Shown: positions 25,201 to 40,331 of the stretch, one piece after another
How the letters are laid out: every line of letters begins with the position of its first letter
Numbering within the stretch: the stretch's first letter is position 1
Origin: Azolla caroliniana
Lineage: Eukaryota > Plantae > Polypodiophyta
DNA: 64,000 bases
Assembly (NCBI GenBank): GCA_043228905.1
Contig: JBHGNT010000028.1
Location: forward strand, 62,001-126,000
Direction of reading: 5' to 3'
Position numbers and translations under genes: made by a program
Notes under the pieces: model-generated
What the model was told of the DNA's origin: nothing
Seen by the model: the letters and a program-made list of their open reading frames with translations, nothing else
Databases searched by the model: none

Positions 25201-27713
25201 TCACTCCTCAAATATGGGAATTTCGTCATGTCTCTCGCCCTGAGTTTCAAAATCTTGATTTTTTAATTCCATATCATAGCTAGCGTTGTTAGCTTCGATT
25301 CGCATGTTTGAACACAAAAATCCGATATCCCACTCGCCAGATATGAACATTTTAATTTACCTACTAGCTCTTCCCAACTCACTCCTCAAATTTGGGAATT
25401 TCGTCATGTCTCTCGACCTGAGTGTCAAAATCTTGATTTTTTAATTCCATATCATAGCTAACGTTGTTAGCTTCGATTCACATGATTGAACACAAAAATC
25501 CGATATCACACTCGCCAGTTATGAACATTTTAATTTACCTACTAGCTCTTCCCAACTCCCTCCTCATGTTGCTAATTTTGTCATGTCTCTCGACCTGAGT
25601 TTCAAAATCTTGATTTTTTAATTCCATATCATAGCTACCGTTGTTAGCTTCGATTCGCATGTTTAAACACAAAAATCCGATATCACACTCGCCAGTTATG
25701 AACATTTTAATTTACCTAGTAGCTCTTCCCAACTCCCTCCTAATGTTGCTAATTTCGTCATGTCTCTCGACCTGAGTTTCAAAATCTTGATTTTTTAATT
25801 CCATATCATATCTAGCGTTGTTAGCTTCGATTCGCATGTTTGAACACAAAAATCCGATATCACACTCGCCAGATATGAACATTTTAATTTACCTACTAGC
25901 TCTTCCTAACTCACTCCTCAAATATGGGAATTTCGTCATGTCTCTCGCCCTGAGTTTCAAAATCTTGATTTTTTAATTCCATATCATAGCTAGCGTTGTT
26001 AGCTTCGATTCGCATGTTTGAACACAAAAATCCGATATCCCACTCGCCAGATATGAACATTTTAATTTACCTACTAGCTCTTCCCAACTCACTCCTCAAA
26101 TTTGGGAATTTCGTCATGTCTCTCGACCTGAGTTTCAAAATCTTGATTTTTTAATTCCATATCATAGCTAACGTTGTTAGCTTCGATTCACATGATTGAA
26201 CACAAAAATCCGATATCACACTCGCCAGTTATGAACATTTTAATTTACCTACTAGCTCTTCCCAACTCCCTCCTCATGTTGCTAATTTTGTCATGTCTCT
26301 CGACCTGAGTTTCAAAATCTTGATTATTTAATTCCATATCCTAGCTAGCGTTGTTAGCTTCGATTCGCATGTTTGAACACAAAAATCCGATATCCCACTC
26401 GCCAGATATGAACATTTTAATTTACCTACTAGCTCTTCCCAACTCACTCCTCAAATTTGCTAATTTCCTCATGTCTCTCGACCTGAGTTTCAAAATCTTG
26501 ATTTTTTAATTCCATATCATAGCTACCGTTGTTAGCTTCGATTCGCATGTTTGAACACAAAAATCCGATATCACACTCGCCAGTTATGAACATTTTAATT
26601 TACCTAGTAGCTCTTCCCAACTCCCTCCTAATGTTGCTAATTTCGTCATGTCTCTCGACCTGAGTTTCAAAATCTTGATTTTTTAATTCCATATCATATC
26701 TAGCGTTGTTAGCTTCGATTCGCATGTTTGAACACAAAAATCCGATATCACACTCGCCAGATATGAACATTTTAATTTACCTACTAGCTCTTCCCAACTC
26801 ACTCCTCAAATTTTGGAATTTCGTCATGTCTCTCGACCTGAGTTTCAAAATCTTGATTTTTTAATTCCATATCATAGCTAGCGTTGTTAGCTTCGATTCG
26901 CATGTTTGAACACAAAAATCCGATATCCCACTCGCCAGATATGAACATTTTAATTTACCTACTAGCTCTTCCCAACTCACTCCTCAAATTTGGGAATTTC
27001 GTCATGTCTCTCGACCTGAGTTTCAAAATCTTGATTTTTTAATTCCATATCATAGCTAACGTTGTTAGCTTCGATTCACATGATTGAACACAAAAATCCG
27101 ATATCACACTCGCCAGTTATGAACATTTTAATTTACCTACTAGCTCTTCCCAACTCCCTCCTCATGTTGCTAATTTTGTCATGTCTCTCGACCTGAGTTT
27201 CAAAATCTTGATTTTTTAATTCCATATCATAGCTACCGTTGTTAGCTTCGATTCGCATGTTTGAACACAAAAATCCGATATCCCACTCGCCAGATATGAA
27301 CATTTTAATTTACCTACTAGCTCTTCCCAACTCACTCCTCAAATTTGCTAATTTCCTGATGTCTCTCGACCTGAGTTTCAAAATCTTGATTTTTTAATTC
27401 CATATCATAGCTAACGTTGTTAGCTTCGATTCACATGATTGAACACAAAAATCCGACATCACACTCGCCAGTTATGAACATTTTAATTTACCTAGTAGCT
27501 CTTCCCAACTCCCTCCTAATGTTGCTAATTTCGTCATGTCTCTCGACCTGAGTTTCAAAATCTTGATTTTTTAATTCCATATCATATCTAGCGTTGTTAG
27601 CTTCGATTCGCATGTTTGAACACAAAAATCCGATATCACACTCGCCAGATATGAACATTTTAATTTACCTACTAGCTCTTCCCAACTCACTCCTCAAATT
27701 TGGGAATTTCGTC
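21678..27713. repeat. Tandem duplication of a 17-monomer unit (3018 bp x2)
   Basis: Three markers are offset by 3018: GAGTGTC (variant G at 22406/25424), TTTTGGAA (23793/26811), CCTGATG (24337/27355). Confidence 0.88.
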
Positions 27714-30700
27714 ATGTCTCTCGACCTGAGTTTCAAAATCTTGATTTTTTAATTCCATATCATAGCTAACATTGTTAGCTTCGATTCGCATGATTGAACA
27801 CAAAAATCCGATATCACACTCGCCAGTTATGAACATTTTAATTTACCTACTAGCTCTTCCCAACTCCCTCCTCATGTTGCTAATTTTGTCATTTCTCTCG
27901 ACCTGAGTTTCAAAATCTTGATTTTTTAATTCCATATCATAGCTACCGTTGTTAGCTTCGATTCGCATGTTTAAACACAAAAATCCGATATCACACTCGC
28001 CAGTTATGAACATTTTAATTTACCTAGTAGCTCTTCCCAACTCCCTCCTAATGTTGCTAATTTCGTCATGTCTCTCGACCTGAGTTTCAAAATCTTGATT
28101 TTTTAATTGCATATCATATCTAGCGTTGTTAGCTTCGATTCGCATGTTTGAACACAAAAATCCGATATCACACTCGCCAGATATGAACATTTTAATTTAC
28201 CTACTAGCTCTTCCTAACTCACTCCTCAAATATGGGAATTTCGTCATGTCTCTCGCCCTGAGTTTCAAAATCTTGATTTTTTAATTCCATATCATAGCTA
28301 GCGTTGTTAGCTTCGATTCGCATGTTTGAACACAAAAATCCGATATCCCACTCGCCAGATATGAACATTTTAAATTACCTACTAGCTCTTCCCAACTCAC
28401 TCCTCAAATTTGGGAATTTCGTCATGTCTCTCGACCTGAGTTTCAAAATCTTGATTTTTTAATTCCATATCATAGCTAACGTTGTTAGCTTCGATTCACA
28501 TGATTGAACACAAAAATCCGATATCACACTCGCCAGTTATGAACATTTTAATTTACCTACTAGCTCTTCCCAACTCCCTCCTCATGTTGCTAATTTTGTC
28601 ATGTCTCTCGACCTGAGTTTCAAAATCTTGATTTTTTAATTCCATATCATATCTAGCGTTGTTAGCTTCGATTCGCATGTTTGAACACAAAAATCCGATA
28701 TCACACTCGCCAGATATGAACATTTTAATTTACCTACTAGCTCTTCCCAACTCACTCCTCAAATTTGGGAATTTCGTCATGTCTCTCGACCTGAGTTTCA
28801 AAATCTTGATTTTTTAATTCCATATCATAGCTAACATTGTTAGCTTCGATTCGCATGATTGAACACAAAAATCCGATATCACACTCGCCAGTTATGAACA
28901 TTTTAATTTACCTACTAGCTCTTCCCAACTCCCTCCTCATGTTGCTAATTTTGTCATGTCTCTCGACCTGAGTTTCAAAATCTTGATTTTTTAATTCCAT
29001 ATCATAGCTACCGTTGTTAGCTTCGATTCGCATGTTTAAACACAAAAATCCGATATCACACTCGCCAGTTATGAACATTTTAATTTACCTAGTAGCTCTT
29101 CCCAACTCCCTCCTAATGTTGCTAATTTCGTCATGTCTCTCGACCTGAGTTTCAAAATCTTGATTTTTTAATTCCATATCATATCTAGCGTTGTTAGCTT
29201 CGATTCGCATGTTTGAACACAAAAATCCGATATCACACTCGCCAGATATGAACATTTTAATTTACCTACTAGCTCTTCCTAACTCACTCCTCAAATATGG
29301 GAATTTCGTCATGTCTCTCGCCCTGAGTTTCAAAATCTTGATTTTTTAATTCCATATCATAGCTAGCGTTGTTAGCTTCGATTCGCATGTTTGAACACAA
29401 AAATCCGATATCCCACTCGCCAGATATGAACATTTTAATTTACCTACTAGCTCTTCCCAACTCACTCCTCAAATTTGGGAATTTCGTCATGTCTCTCGAC
29501 CTGAGTTTCAAAATCTTGATTTTTTAATTCCATATCATAGCTAACGTTGTTAGCTTCGATTCACATGATTGAACACAAAAATCCGATATCACACTCGCCA
29601 GTTATGAACATTTTAATTTACCTACTAGCTCTTCCCAACTCCCTCCTCATGTTGCTAATTTTGTCATGTCTCTCGACCTGAGTTTCAAAATCTTGATTAT
29701 TTAATTCCATATCCTAGCTAGCGTTGTTAGCTTCGATTCGCATGTTTGAACACAAAAATCCGATATCCCACTCGCCAGATATGAACATTTTAATTTACCT
29801 ACTAGCTCTTCCCAACTCACTCCTCAAATTTGCTAATTTCCTCATGTCTCTCGACCTGAGTTTCAAAATCTTGATTTTTTAATTCCATATCATAGCTACC
29901 GTTGTTAGCTTCGATTCGCATGTTTGAACACAAAAATCCGATATCACACTCGCCAGTTATGAACATTTTAATTTACCTAGTAGCTCTTCCCAACTCCCTC
30001 CTAATGTTGCTAATTTCGTCATGTCTCTCGACCTGAGTTTCAAAATCTTGATTTTTTAATTCCATATCATATCTAGCGTTGTTAGCTTCGATTCGCATGT
30101 TTGAACACAAAAATCCGATATCACACTCGCCAGATATGAACATTTTAATTTACCTACTAGCTCTTCCCAACTCACTCCTCAAATTTTGGAATTTCGTCAT
30201 GTCTCTCGACCTGAGTTTCAAAATCTTGATTTTTTAATTCCATATCATAGCTAGCGTTGTTAGCTTCGATTCGCATGTTTGAACACAAAAATCCGATATC
30301 CCACTCGCCAGATATGAACATTTTAATTTACCTACTAGCTCTTCCCAACTCACTCCTCAAATTTGGGAATTTCGTCATGTCTCTCGACCTGAGTTTCAAA
30401 ATCTTGATTTTTTAATTCCATATCATAGCTAACGTTGTTAGCTTCGATTCACATGATTGAACACAAAAATCCGATATCACACTCGCCAGTTATGAACATT
30501 TTAATTTACCTACTAGCTCTTCCCAACTCCCTCCTCATGTTGCTAATTTTGTCATGTCTCTCGACCTGAGTTTCAAAATCTTGATTTTTTAATTCCATAT
30601 CATAGCTACCGTTGTTAGCTTCGATTCGCATGTTTGAACACAAAAATCCGATATCCCACTCGCCAGATATGAACATTTTAATTTACCTACTAGCTCTTCC

Positions 30701-33700
30701 CAACTCACTCCTCAAATTTGCTAATTTCCTGATGTCTCTCGACCTGAGTTTCAAAATCTTGATTTTTTAATTCCATATCATAGCTAACGTTGTTAGCTTC
30801 GATTCACATGATTGAACACAAAAATCCGACATCACACTCGCCAGTTATGAACATTTTAATTTACCTAGTAGCTCTTCCCAACTCCCTCCTAATGTTGCTA
30901 ATTTCGTCATGTCTCTCGACCTGAGTTTCAAAATCTTGATTTTTTAATTCCATATCATATCTAGCGTTGTTAGCTTCGATTCGCATGTTTGAACACAAAA
31001 ATCCGATATCACACTCGCCAGATATGAACATTTTAATTTACCTACTAGCTCTTCCCAACTCACTCCTCAAATTTGGGAATTTCGTCATGTCTCTCGACCT
31101 GAGTTTCAAAATCTTGATTTTTTAATTCCATATCATAGCTAACATTGTTAGCTTCGATTCGCATGATTGAACACAAAAATCCGATATCACACTCGCCAGT
31201 TATGAACATTTTAATTTACCTACTAGCTCTTCCCAACTCCCTCCTCATGTTGCTAATTTTGTCATTTCTCTCGACCTGAGTTTCAAAATCTTGATTTTTT
31301 AATTCCATATCATAGCTACCGTTGTTAGCTTCGATTCGCATGTTTAAACACAAAAATCCGATATCACACTCGCCAGTTATGAACATTTTAATTTACCTAG
31401 TAGCTCTTCCCAACTCCCTCCTAATGTTGCTAATTTCGTCATGTCTCTCGACCTGAGTTTCAAAATCTTGATTTTTTAATTGCATATCATATCTAGCGTT
31501 GTTAGCTTCGATTCGCATGTTTGAACACAAAAATCCGATATCACACTCGCCAGATATGAACATTTTAATTTACCTACTAGCTCTTCCTAACTCACTCCTC
31601 AAATATGGGAATTTCGTCATGTCTCTCGCCCTGAGTTTCAAAATCTTGATTTTTTAATTCCATATCATAGCTAACGTTGTTAGCTTCGATTCACATGATT
31701 GAACACAAAAATCCGATATCACACTCGCCAGTTATGAACATTTTAATTTACCTACTAGCTCTTCCCAACTCACTCCTCAAATTTTGGAATTTCGTCATGT
31801 CTCTCGACCTGAGTTTCAAAATCTTGATTTTTTAATTCCATATCATAGCTAGCGTTGTTAGCTTCGATTCGCATGTTTGAACACAAAAATCCGATATCCC
31901 ACTCGCCAGATATGAACATTTTAATTTACCTACTAGCTCTTCCCAACTCACTCCTCAAATTTGGGAATTTCGTCATGTCTCTCGACCTGAGTTTCAAAAT
32001 CTTGATTTTTTAATTCCATATCATAGCTAACGTTGTTAGCTTCGATTCACATGATTGAACACAAAAATCCGATATCACACTCGCCAGTTATGAACATTTT
32101 AATTTACCTACTAGCTCTTCCCAACTCCCTCCTCATGTTGCTAATTTTGTCATGTCTCTCGACCTGAGTTTCAAAATCTTGATTTTTTAATTCCATATCA
32201 TAGCTACCGTTGTTAGCTTCGATTCGCATGTTTGAACACAAAAATCCGATATCCCACTCGCCAGATATGAACATTTTAATTTACCTACTAGCTCTTCCCA
32301 ACTCACTCCTCAAATTTGCTAATTTCCTGATGTCTCTCGACCTGAGTTTCAAAATCTTGATTTTTTAATTCCATATCATATCTAGCGTTGTTAGCTTCGA
32401 TTCGCATGTTTGAACACAAAAATCCGATATCACACTCGCCAGATATGAACATTTTAATTTACCTACTAGCTCTTCCTAACTCACTCCTCAAATATGGGAA
32501 TTTCGTCATGTCTCTCGCCCTGAGTTTCAAAATCTTGATTTTTTAATTCCATATCATAGCTAGCGTTGTTAGCTTCGATTCGCATGTTTGAACACAAAAA
32601 TCCGATATCCTACTCGCCAGATATGAACATTTTAATTTACCTACTAGCTCTTCCCAACTCACTCCTCAAATTTGGGAATTTCGTCATGTCTCTCGACCTG
32701 AGTTTCAAAATCTTGATTTTTTAATTCCATATCATAGCTAACGTTGTTAGCTTCGATTCACATGATTGAACACAAAAATCCGATATCACACTCGCCAGTT
32801 ATGAACATTTTAATTTACCTACTAGCTCTTCCCAACTCCCTCCTCATGTTGCTAATTTTGTCATGTCTCTCGACCTGAGTTTCAAAATCTTGATTATTTA
32901 ATTCCATATCCTAGCTAGCGTTGTTAGCTTCGATTCGCATGTTTGAACACAAAAATCCGATATCCCACTCGCCAGATATGAACATTTTAATTTACCTACT
33001 AGCTCTTCCCAACTCACTCCTCAAATTTGCTAATTTCCTCATGTCTCTCGACCTGAGTTTCAAAATCTTGATTTTTTAATTCCATATCATAGCTACCGTT
33101 GTTAGCTTCGATTCGCATGTTTGAACACAAAAATCCGATATCACACTCGCCAGTTATGAACATTTTAATTTACCTACTAGCTCTTCCCAACTCACTCCTC
33201 AAATATGGGAATTTCGTCATGTCTCTCGCCCTGAGTTTCAAAATCTTGATTTTTTAATTCCATATCATAGCTAGCGTTGTTAGCTTCGATTCGCATGTTT
33301 GAACACAAAAATCCGATATCCCACTCGCCAGATATGAACATTTTAATTTACCTACTAGCTCTTCCCAACTCACTCCTCAAATTTGGGAATTTCGTCATGT
33401 CTCTCGACCTGAGTTTCAAAATCTTGATTTTTTAATTCCATATCATAGCTAACGTTGTTAGCTTCGATTCACATGATTGAACACAAAAATCCGATATCAC
33501 ACTCGCCAGTTATGAACATTTTAATTTACCTACTAGCTCTTCCCAACTCCCTCCTCATGTTGCTAATTTTGTCATGTCTCTCGACCTGAGTTTCAAAATC
33601 TTGATTATTTAATTCCATATCCTAGCTAGCGTTGTTAGCTTCGATTCGCATGTTTGAACACAAAAATCCGATATCCCACTCGCCAGATATGAACATTTTA

Positions 33701-36700
33701 ATTTACCTACTAGCTCTTCCCAACTCACTCCTCAAATTTGCTAATTTCCTCATGTCTCTCGACCTGAGTTTCAAAATCTTGATTTTTTAATTCCATATCA
33801 TAGCTACCGTTGTTAGCTTCGATTCGCATGTTTGAACACAAAAATCCGATATCACACTCGCCAGTTATGAACATTTTAATTTACCTAGTAGCTCTTCCCA
33901 ACTCCCTCCTAATGTTGCTAATTTCGTCATGTCTCTCGACCTGAGTTTCAAAATCTTGATTTTTTAATTCCATATCATATCTAGCGTTGTTAGCTTCGAT
34001 TCGCATGTTTGAACACAAAAATCCGATATCACACTCGCCAGATATGAACATTTTAATTTACCTACTAGCTCTTCCCAACTCACTCCTCAAATATGGGAAT
34101 TTCGTCATGTCTCTCGACCTGAGTTTCAAAATCTTGATTTTTTAATTCCATATCATAGCTAGCGTTGTTAGCTTCGATTCGCATGTTTGAACACAAAAAT
34201 CCGATATCCCACTCGCCAGATATGAACATTTTAATTTACCTACTAGCTCTTCCCAACTCACTCCTCAAATTTGGGAATTTCGTCATGTCTCTCGACCTGA
34301 GTTTCAAAATCTTGATTTTTTAATTCCATATCATAGCTAACGTTGTTAGCTTCGATTCACATGATTGAACACAAAAATCCGATATCACACTCGCCAGTTA
34401 TGAACATTTTAATTTACCTACTAGCTCTTCCCAACTCCCTCCTCATGTTGCTAATTTCCTCATGTCTCTCGACCTGAGTTTCAAAATCTTGATTTTTTAA
34501 TTCCATATCATAGCTAGCGTTGTTAGCTTCGATTCGCATGTTTGAACACAAAAAACCGATATCACACGCACCAGATATGAACATTTTAATTTACCTACTA
34601 GCTCTTCCCAACTCACTCCTCAAATTTGGGAATTTCGTCATGTCTCTCGACCTGAGTTTCAAAATCTTGATTTTTTAATTCGAGATCATAGCTAGCGTGG
34701 TTAGCATCGATTCGCATGTTTGAACACAAAAATCCGATATCACACTCGCCAGATATGAACATTTTAATTTACCTACTAGCTCTCCCCAACTCACTCCTCA
34801 AATTTGCTAATTCCGTCATGTCTCTCTACCTGAGTTTCAAAATCTTGATTTTTTAATTCCATATCATAGCTCGCGTTGTTAGCTTCGATTCGCATGTTTG
34901 AACACAAAAATCCGATATCACACTCGCCAGATATGAACATTTTAATTTACCTACTAGCTCTTCCCAACTCACTCCTCAAATTTGGGAATTTCGTCATATC
35001 TCTCGACCTGAGTTTCAAAATCTTGATTTTTTAATTCGAGATCATAGCTAGCGTTGTTAGCTTCGATTCGCATGTTTGAACACAAAAATCCGATATCACA
35101 CTCGCCAGTTATGAACATTTTAATTTACCTAGTAGCTCTTCCCAACTCCCTCCTAATGTTGCTAATTTCCTCATGTCTCTCGACCTGAGTTTCAAAATCT
35201 TGATTTTTTAATTCCATATCATATCTAGCGTTGTTAGCTTCGATTCGCATGTTTGAACACAAAAATCCGATATCACACTCGCCAGATATGAACATTTTAA
35301 TTTACCTACTAGCTCTTCCCAACTCACTCCTCAAATTTGGGAATTTCGTCATGTCTCTCGACCTGAGTTTCAAAATTTTGATTTTTTAATTCCATATCAT
35401 AGCTAGCGTTGTTAGCTTCGATTCGCATGTTTGAACACAAAAATCCGATATCCCACTCGCCAGATATGAACATTTTAATTTACCTACTAGCTCTTCCCAA
35501 CTCACTCCTCAAATTTGGGAATTTCGTCATGTCTCTCGACCTGAGTTTCAAAATCTTGAATTTTTAATTCCATATCATAGCTAACATTGTTAGCTTCGAT
35601 TCACATGATTGAACATAAAAATCCGATATCACACTCGCCAGTTATGAACATTTTAATTTACCTACTAACTCTTCCCAACTCACTCCTCAAATTTGCTAAT
35701 TTCGTCATGTGTCTCGACATGAGTTTCAAAATCTTGATTTTTTAATTCCATATCATAGCTAGCGTTGTTAGCTTCGATTCGCATGTTTGAACACAGAAAT
35801 CCGATATCACACTCGCCAGTTATGAACATTTTAATTTACCTAGCAGCTCTTCCCAACTCACTCCTCAAATTTGCTAATTTCGTCATGTCTCTCGACATGA
35901 GTTTCAAAATCTTAATTTTTTAATTCCATATCCTAGCTAGCGTTGTTAGCTTCGATTCGCATGTTTGAACACAAAAAACCGATATCACACGCACCAGATA
36001 TGAACATTTTAATTTACCTACTAGCTCTTCCCAACTCACTCCTCAAATTTGGGAATTTCGTCATATCTCTCGACCTGAGTTTCAAAATCTTGATTTTTTA
36101 ATTCGAGATCATAGCTAACGTTGTTAGCTTCGATTCGCATGTTTGAACACAAAAATCCGATATCACACTCGCCAGATATGAAGATTTTAATTTACCTACT
36201 AGCTCTTCGCAACTCACTCCTCAAATTTGGGAATTTCGTCATGTCTCTCGACCTGAGTTTCAAAATCTTGATTTTTTAATTCCATATCATAGCTAACGTT
36301 GTTAGCATCGATTCACATGATTGAACACAAAAATCCGATATCACACTCGCCAGTTATGAACATTTTAATTTACCTACTAGCTCTTCCCAACTCCCTCCTA
36401 ATGTTGCTAATTTCGTCATGTCTCTCGACCTGAGTTTCAAAATCTGGATTTTTTAATTCCATATCATAGCTAGCGTTGTTAGCTTCGATTCGCATGTTTG
36501 AACACAAAAATCCGATATCCCACTCGCCAGATATGAACATTTTAATTTACCTAGTAGCTCTTCCCAACTCACTCCTCAAATTTGGGAATTTCGTCATGTC
36601 TCTCGACCTGAGTTTCAAAATCTTGATTTTTTAATTCCATATCCTAGCTAGCGTTGTTAGATTCGATTCGCATGTTTGAACACAAAAAACCGATATCACA

Positions 36701-39700
36701 CGCACCAGATATGAACATTTTAATTTACCTACTAGCTCTTCCCAACTCACTCCTCAAATTTGGGAATTTCGTCATATCTCTCGACCTGAGTTTCAAAATC
36801 TTGATTTTTTAATTCGAGATCATAGCTAGCGTTGTTAGCTTCGATTCGCATGTTTGAACACAAAAATCCGATATCAGACTCGCCAGATATGAACATTTTA
36901 ATTTACCTACGAGCTCTCCCCAACTCACTCCTCAAATTTGCTAATTCCGTCATGTCTCTCGACCTGAGTTTCAAAATCTTGATTTTTTAATTCGAGATCA
37001 TAGCTAGCGTTGTTAGCTTCGATTCGCATGTTTGAACACAAAAATCCGATATCACACTCGCCAGATATGAACATTTGAATTTACCTACTAGCTCTTCCCA
37101 ACTCACTCCTCAAATTTGGGAATTTCGTCATGTCTCTCGACCTGAGTTTCAAAATCTTGATTTTTTAATTCCATATCGTAGCTAGCGTTGTTAGCTTCGA
37201 TTCACATGTTTGAACACAAAAATCCGATATCACACGAGCCAGGTATGATCATTTTAATTTACTCAAGAGCTCTTCCCAACTCCCTCCTCATGTAGCTAAT
37301 TTTGTCATTTCTCTCGACCTGAGTTTCAAAATCTTGATTTTTTAATTCCATATCATAGCTAGGGTTGTTAGCTTCGATTCGCATGTTTGAACACGAAAAT
37401 CCGATATCCCACTCGCCAGATATGAAGATTTTAATTTACCTACTAGCTCTTCGCAACTCACTCCTCAAATTTGGGAATTTCGTCATGTCTCTCGACCTGA
37501 GTTTCAAAATCTTGATTTTTTAATTCCATATCATAGCTAACGTTGTTAGCTTCGATTCGCATATTTGAACACAAAAATCCGATATCACACTCGCCAGTTA
37601 TGAACATTTTAATTTACCTACTAGCTCTTCCCAACTCCCTCCTCATGTTGCTAATTTTGTCATGTCTCTCTACCTGAGTTTCAAAATCTTGAGTTTTTAA
37701 TTCCATATCATATCTAGCGTTGTTAGCTTCGATTCGCATGTTTGAACACAAAAGCCCGATATCACACTCGCCAGATATGAACATTTTAATTTACCTACTA
37801 GCTCTTCCCAACTCACTCCTCAAATTTGGGAATTTCGTCATGTCTCTCGACCTGAGTTTCAAAATCTTGATTTTTTAATTCCATATCGTAACTAGCATTG
37901 TTAGCTTCGATTTACATGTTTGAACACAAAAATCCGATATCACACGAGCCAGGTATGATCATTTTAATTTACTCAAGGGCTCTTCTCAACTCCCTCATCA
38001 AGGTTGCTAATTTCGTCATGTCTCTCGACCTGAGTTTCAAAATCTTGATTTTTTAATTCTATATCCTAGCTAGCATTGTTAGCTTCGATTCGCATGTTTG
38101 AACACAAAAATCCGATATCCCACTCGCCAGATATGAACATTTTAATTTACCTCCTAGCTCTTCCCAACTCACTCCTCAAATTTGGGAATTTCATCATATC
38201 TCTCGACCTGAGTTTCAAAATCTTGATTTTTTAATTCGAGATCATAGCTAGCGTTGTTAGCTTCGATTCGCATGTTTGAACACAAAAATCCGATATCACA
38301 CTCGCCAGATATGAACATTTTAATTTACCTAGTAGCTCTTCCCAACTCACTCCTCAAATTTGCTAATTTCGTCATGTCTCTCGACCTGAGTTTCAAAATC
38401 TTGATTTTTTAATTCCATATCATAGCTAGCGTTGTTAGCTTCGATTCGCATGTTTGAACACAGAAATCCGATATCACACTCGCCAGATATGAACATTTTA
38501 ATTTACCTACTAGCTCTTCCCAACTCACTCCTCAAATTTGGGAATTTCGTCATGTCTCTCGACCTGAGTTTCAAAATCTGGATTTTTTAATTCCATATCG
38601 TAACTAGAGTTGTTAGCTTCGATTTACATGTTTGAACACAAAAATCCGATATCACACGAGCCAGGTATGATCATTTTAATTTACTCAAGGGCTCTTCTCA
38701 ACTCCGTCGTCAAGGTTGCTAATTTCTTCATGTCTCTCGACCTGAGTTTCAAAATCTTGATTTTTTAATTCCATATCATAGCTAGCGTTGTTAGCTTCGA
38801 TTCGCATGTTTGAACACAAAAATCCGATATCACACTCGCCAGATATGAACATTTTAATTTACCTACTAGCTCTCCCCAACTCACTCCTCAAATTTGCTAA
38901 TTCCGTCATGTCTCTCGACATGAGTTTCAAAATCTTGATTTTTTAATTCCATATCATAGCTAGCGTTGTTAGCTTCGATTCGCATGTTTGAACACAAAAA
39001 TCCGATATCCCACTCGCCAGATATGAACATTTTAATTTACCTAGTAGCTCTTCCCAACTCACTCCTCAAATTTGGGAATTTCGTCATGTCTCTCGACCTG
39101 AGTTTCAAAATCTTGATTTTTTAATTCCATATCCTAGCTAGCGTTGTTAGCTTCGATTCGCATGTTTGAACACAAAAAACCGATATCACACGCACCAGAT
39201 ATGAACATTTTAATTTACCTACTAGCTCTTCCCAACTCACTCCTCAAATTTGGGAATTTCGTCATATCTCTCGACCTGAGTTTCAAAATCTTGATTTTTT
39301 AATTCGAGATCATAGCTAGCGTTGTTAGCTTCGATTCGCATGTTTGAACACAAAAATCCGATATCACACTCGCCAGATATGAACATTTTAATTTACCTAC
39401 TAGCTCTCCCCAACTCACTCCTCAAATTTGCTAATTCCGTCATGTCTCTCGACATGAGTTTCAAAATCTTGATTTTTTAATTCCATATCATAGCTAGCGT
39501 TGTTAGCTTCGATTCGCATGTTTGAACACAAAAATCCGATATCACACTCGCCAGATATGAACATTTTAATTTACCTAGCAGCTCTTCCCAACTCACTCCT
39601 CAAATTTGCTAATTTCGTCATGTCTCTCGACATGAGTTTCAAAATCTTGATTTTTTAATTCCATATCATAGCTAGCGTTGTTAGCTTCGATTCGCATGTT

Positions 39701-40331
39701 TGAACACAGAAATCCGATATCACACTCGCCAGATATGAACATTTTAATTTACCTACTAGCTCTTCCCAACTCACTCCTCAAATTTGGGAATTTCGTCATG
39801 TCTCTCGACCTGAGTTTCAAAATCTGGATTTTTTAATTCCATATCGTAACTAGCGTTGTTAGCTTCGATTTACATGTTTGAACACAAAAATCCGATATCA
39901 CACGAGCCAGATATGATCATTTTAATTTACTGAAGGGCTCTTCTCAACTCCGTCGTCAAGGTTGCTAATTTCGTCATGTCTCTCGACCTGAGTTTCAAAA
40001 TCTTGATTTTTTAATTCTATATCCTAGCTAGCATTGTTAGCTTCGATTCGCATGTTTGAACACAAAAATCCGATATCCCACTCGCCAGATATGAACATTT
40101 TAATTTACCTCCTAGCTCTTCCCAACTCACTCCTCAAATTTGGGAATTTCGTCATATCTCTCGACCTGAGTTTCAAAATCTTGATTTTTTAATTCGAGAT
40201 CATAGCTAGCGTTGTTAGCTTCGATTCGCATGTTTGAACACAAAAATCCGATATCACACTCGCCAGATATGAACATTTTAATTTACCTAGTAGCTCTTCC
40301 CAACTCACTCCTCAAATTTGCTAATTTCGTC

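Larger units (their letters stand above)
16..34461. repeat. Satellite domain 1: homogeneous sub-array with irregular 5-mer HOR (A-B-C-D-E, 888 bp)
   Basis: Diagnostic motifs: A (177 bp) GCTACCG, CCAGTT, CTAGTAG, CCCTCCTAATGTT; B (178) ATATCTAGC; C (178) ATCCCAC with TTTGGGAA; D (177) GCTAACG, TCACATGATTG, CCCTCCTCATGTT; E (178) GATTATTT, TCCTAGC, TTTCCTC. One clean unit: CCTCATG at 11371 and 12259, 888 apart. Confidence 0.9.

Noticed and set aside
1-34461. Monomer order as a programmed code or diversity-generating cassette system
   Set aside because: The order is adequately explained by nested duplications and in-register chimeras, and no recombinase, reverse transcriptase or expression locus is present.
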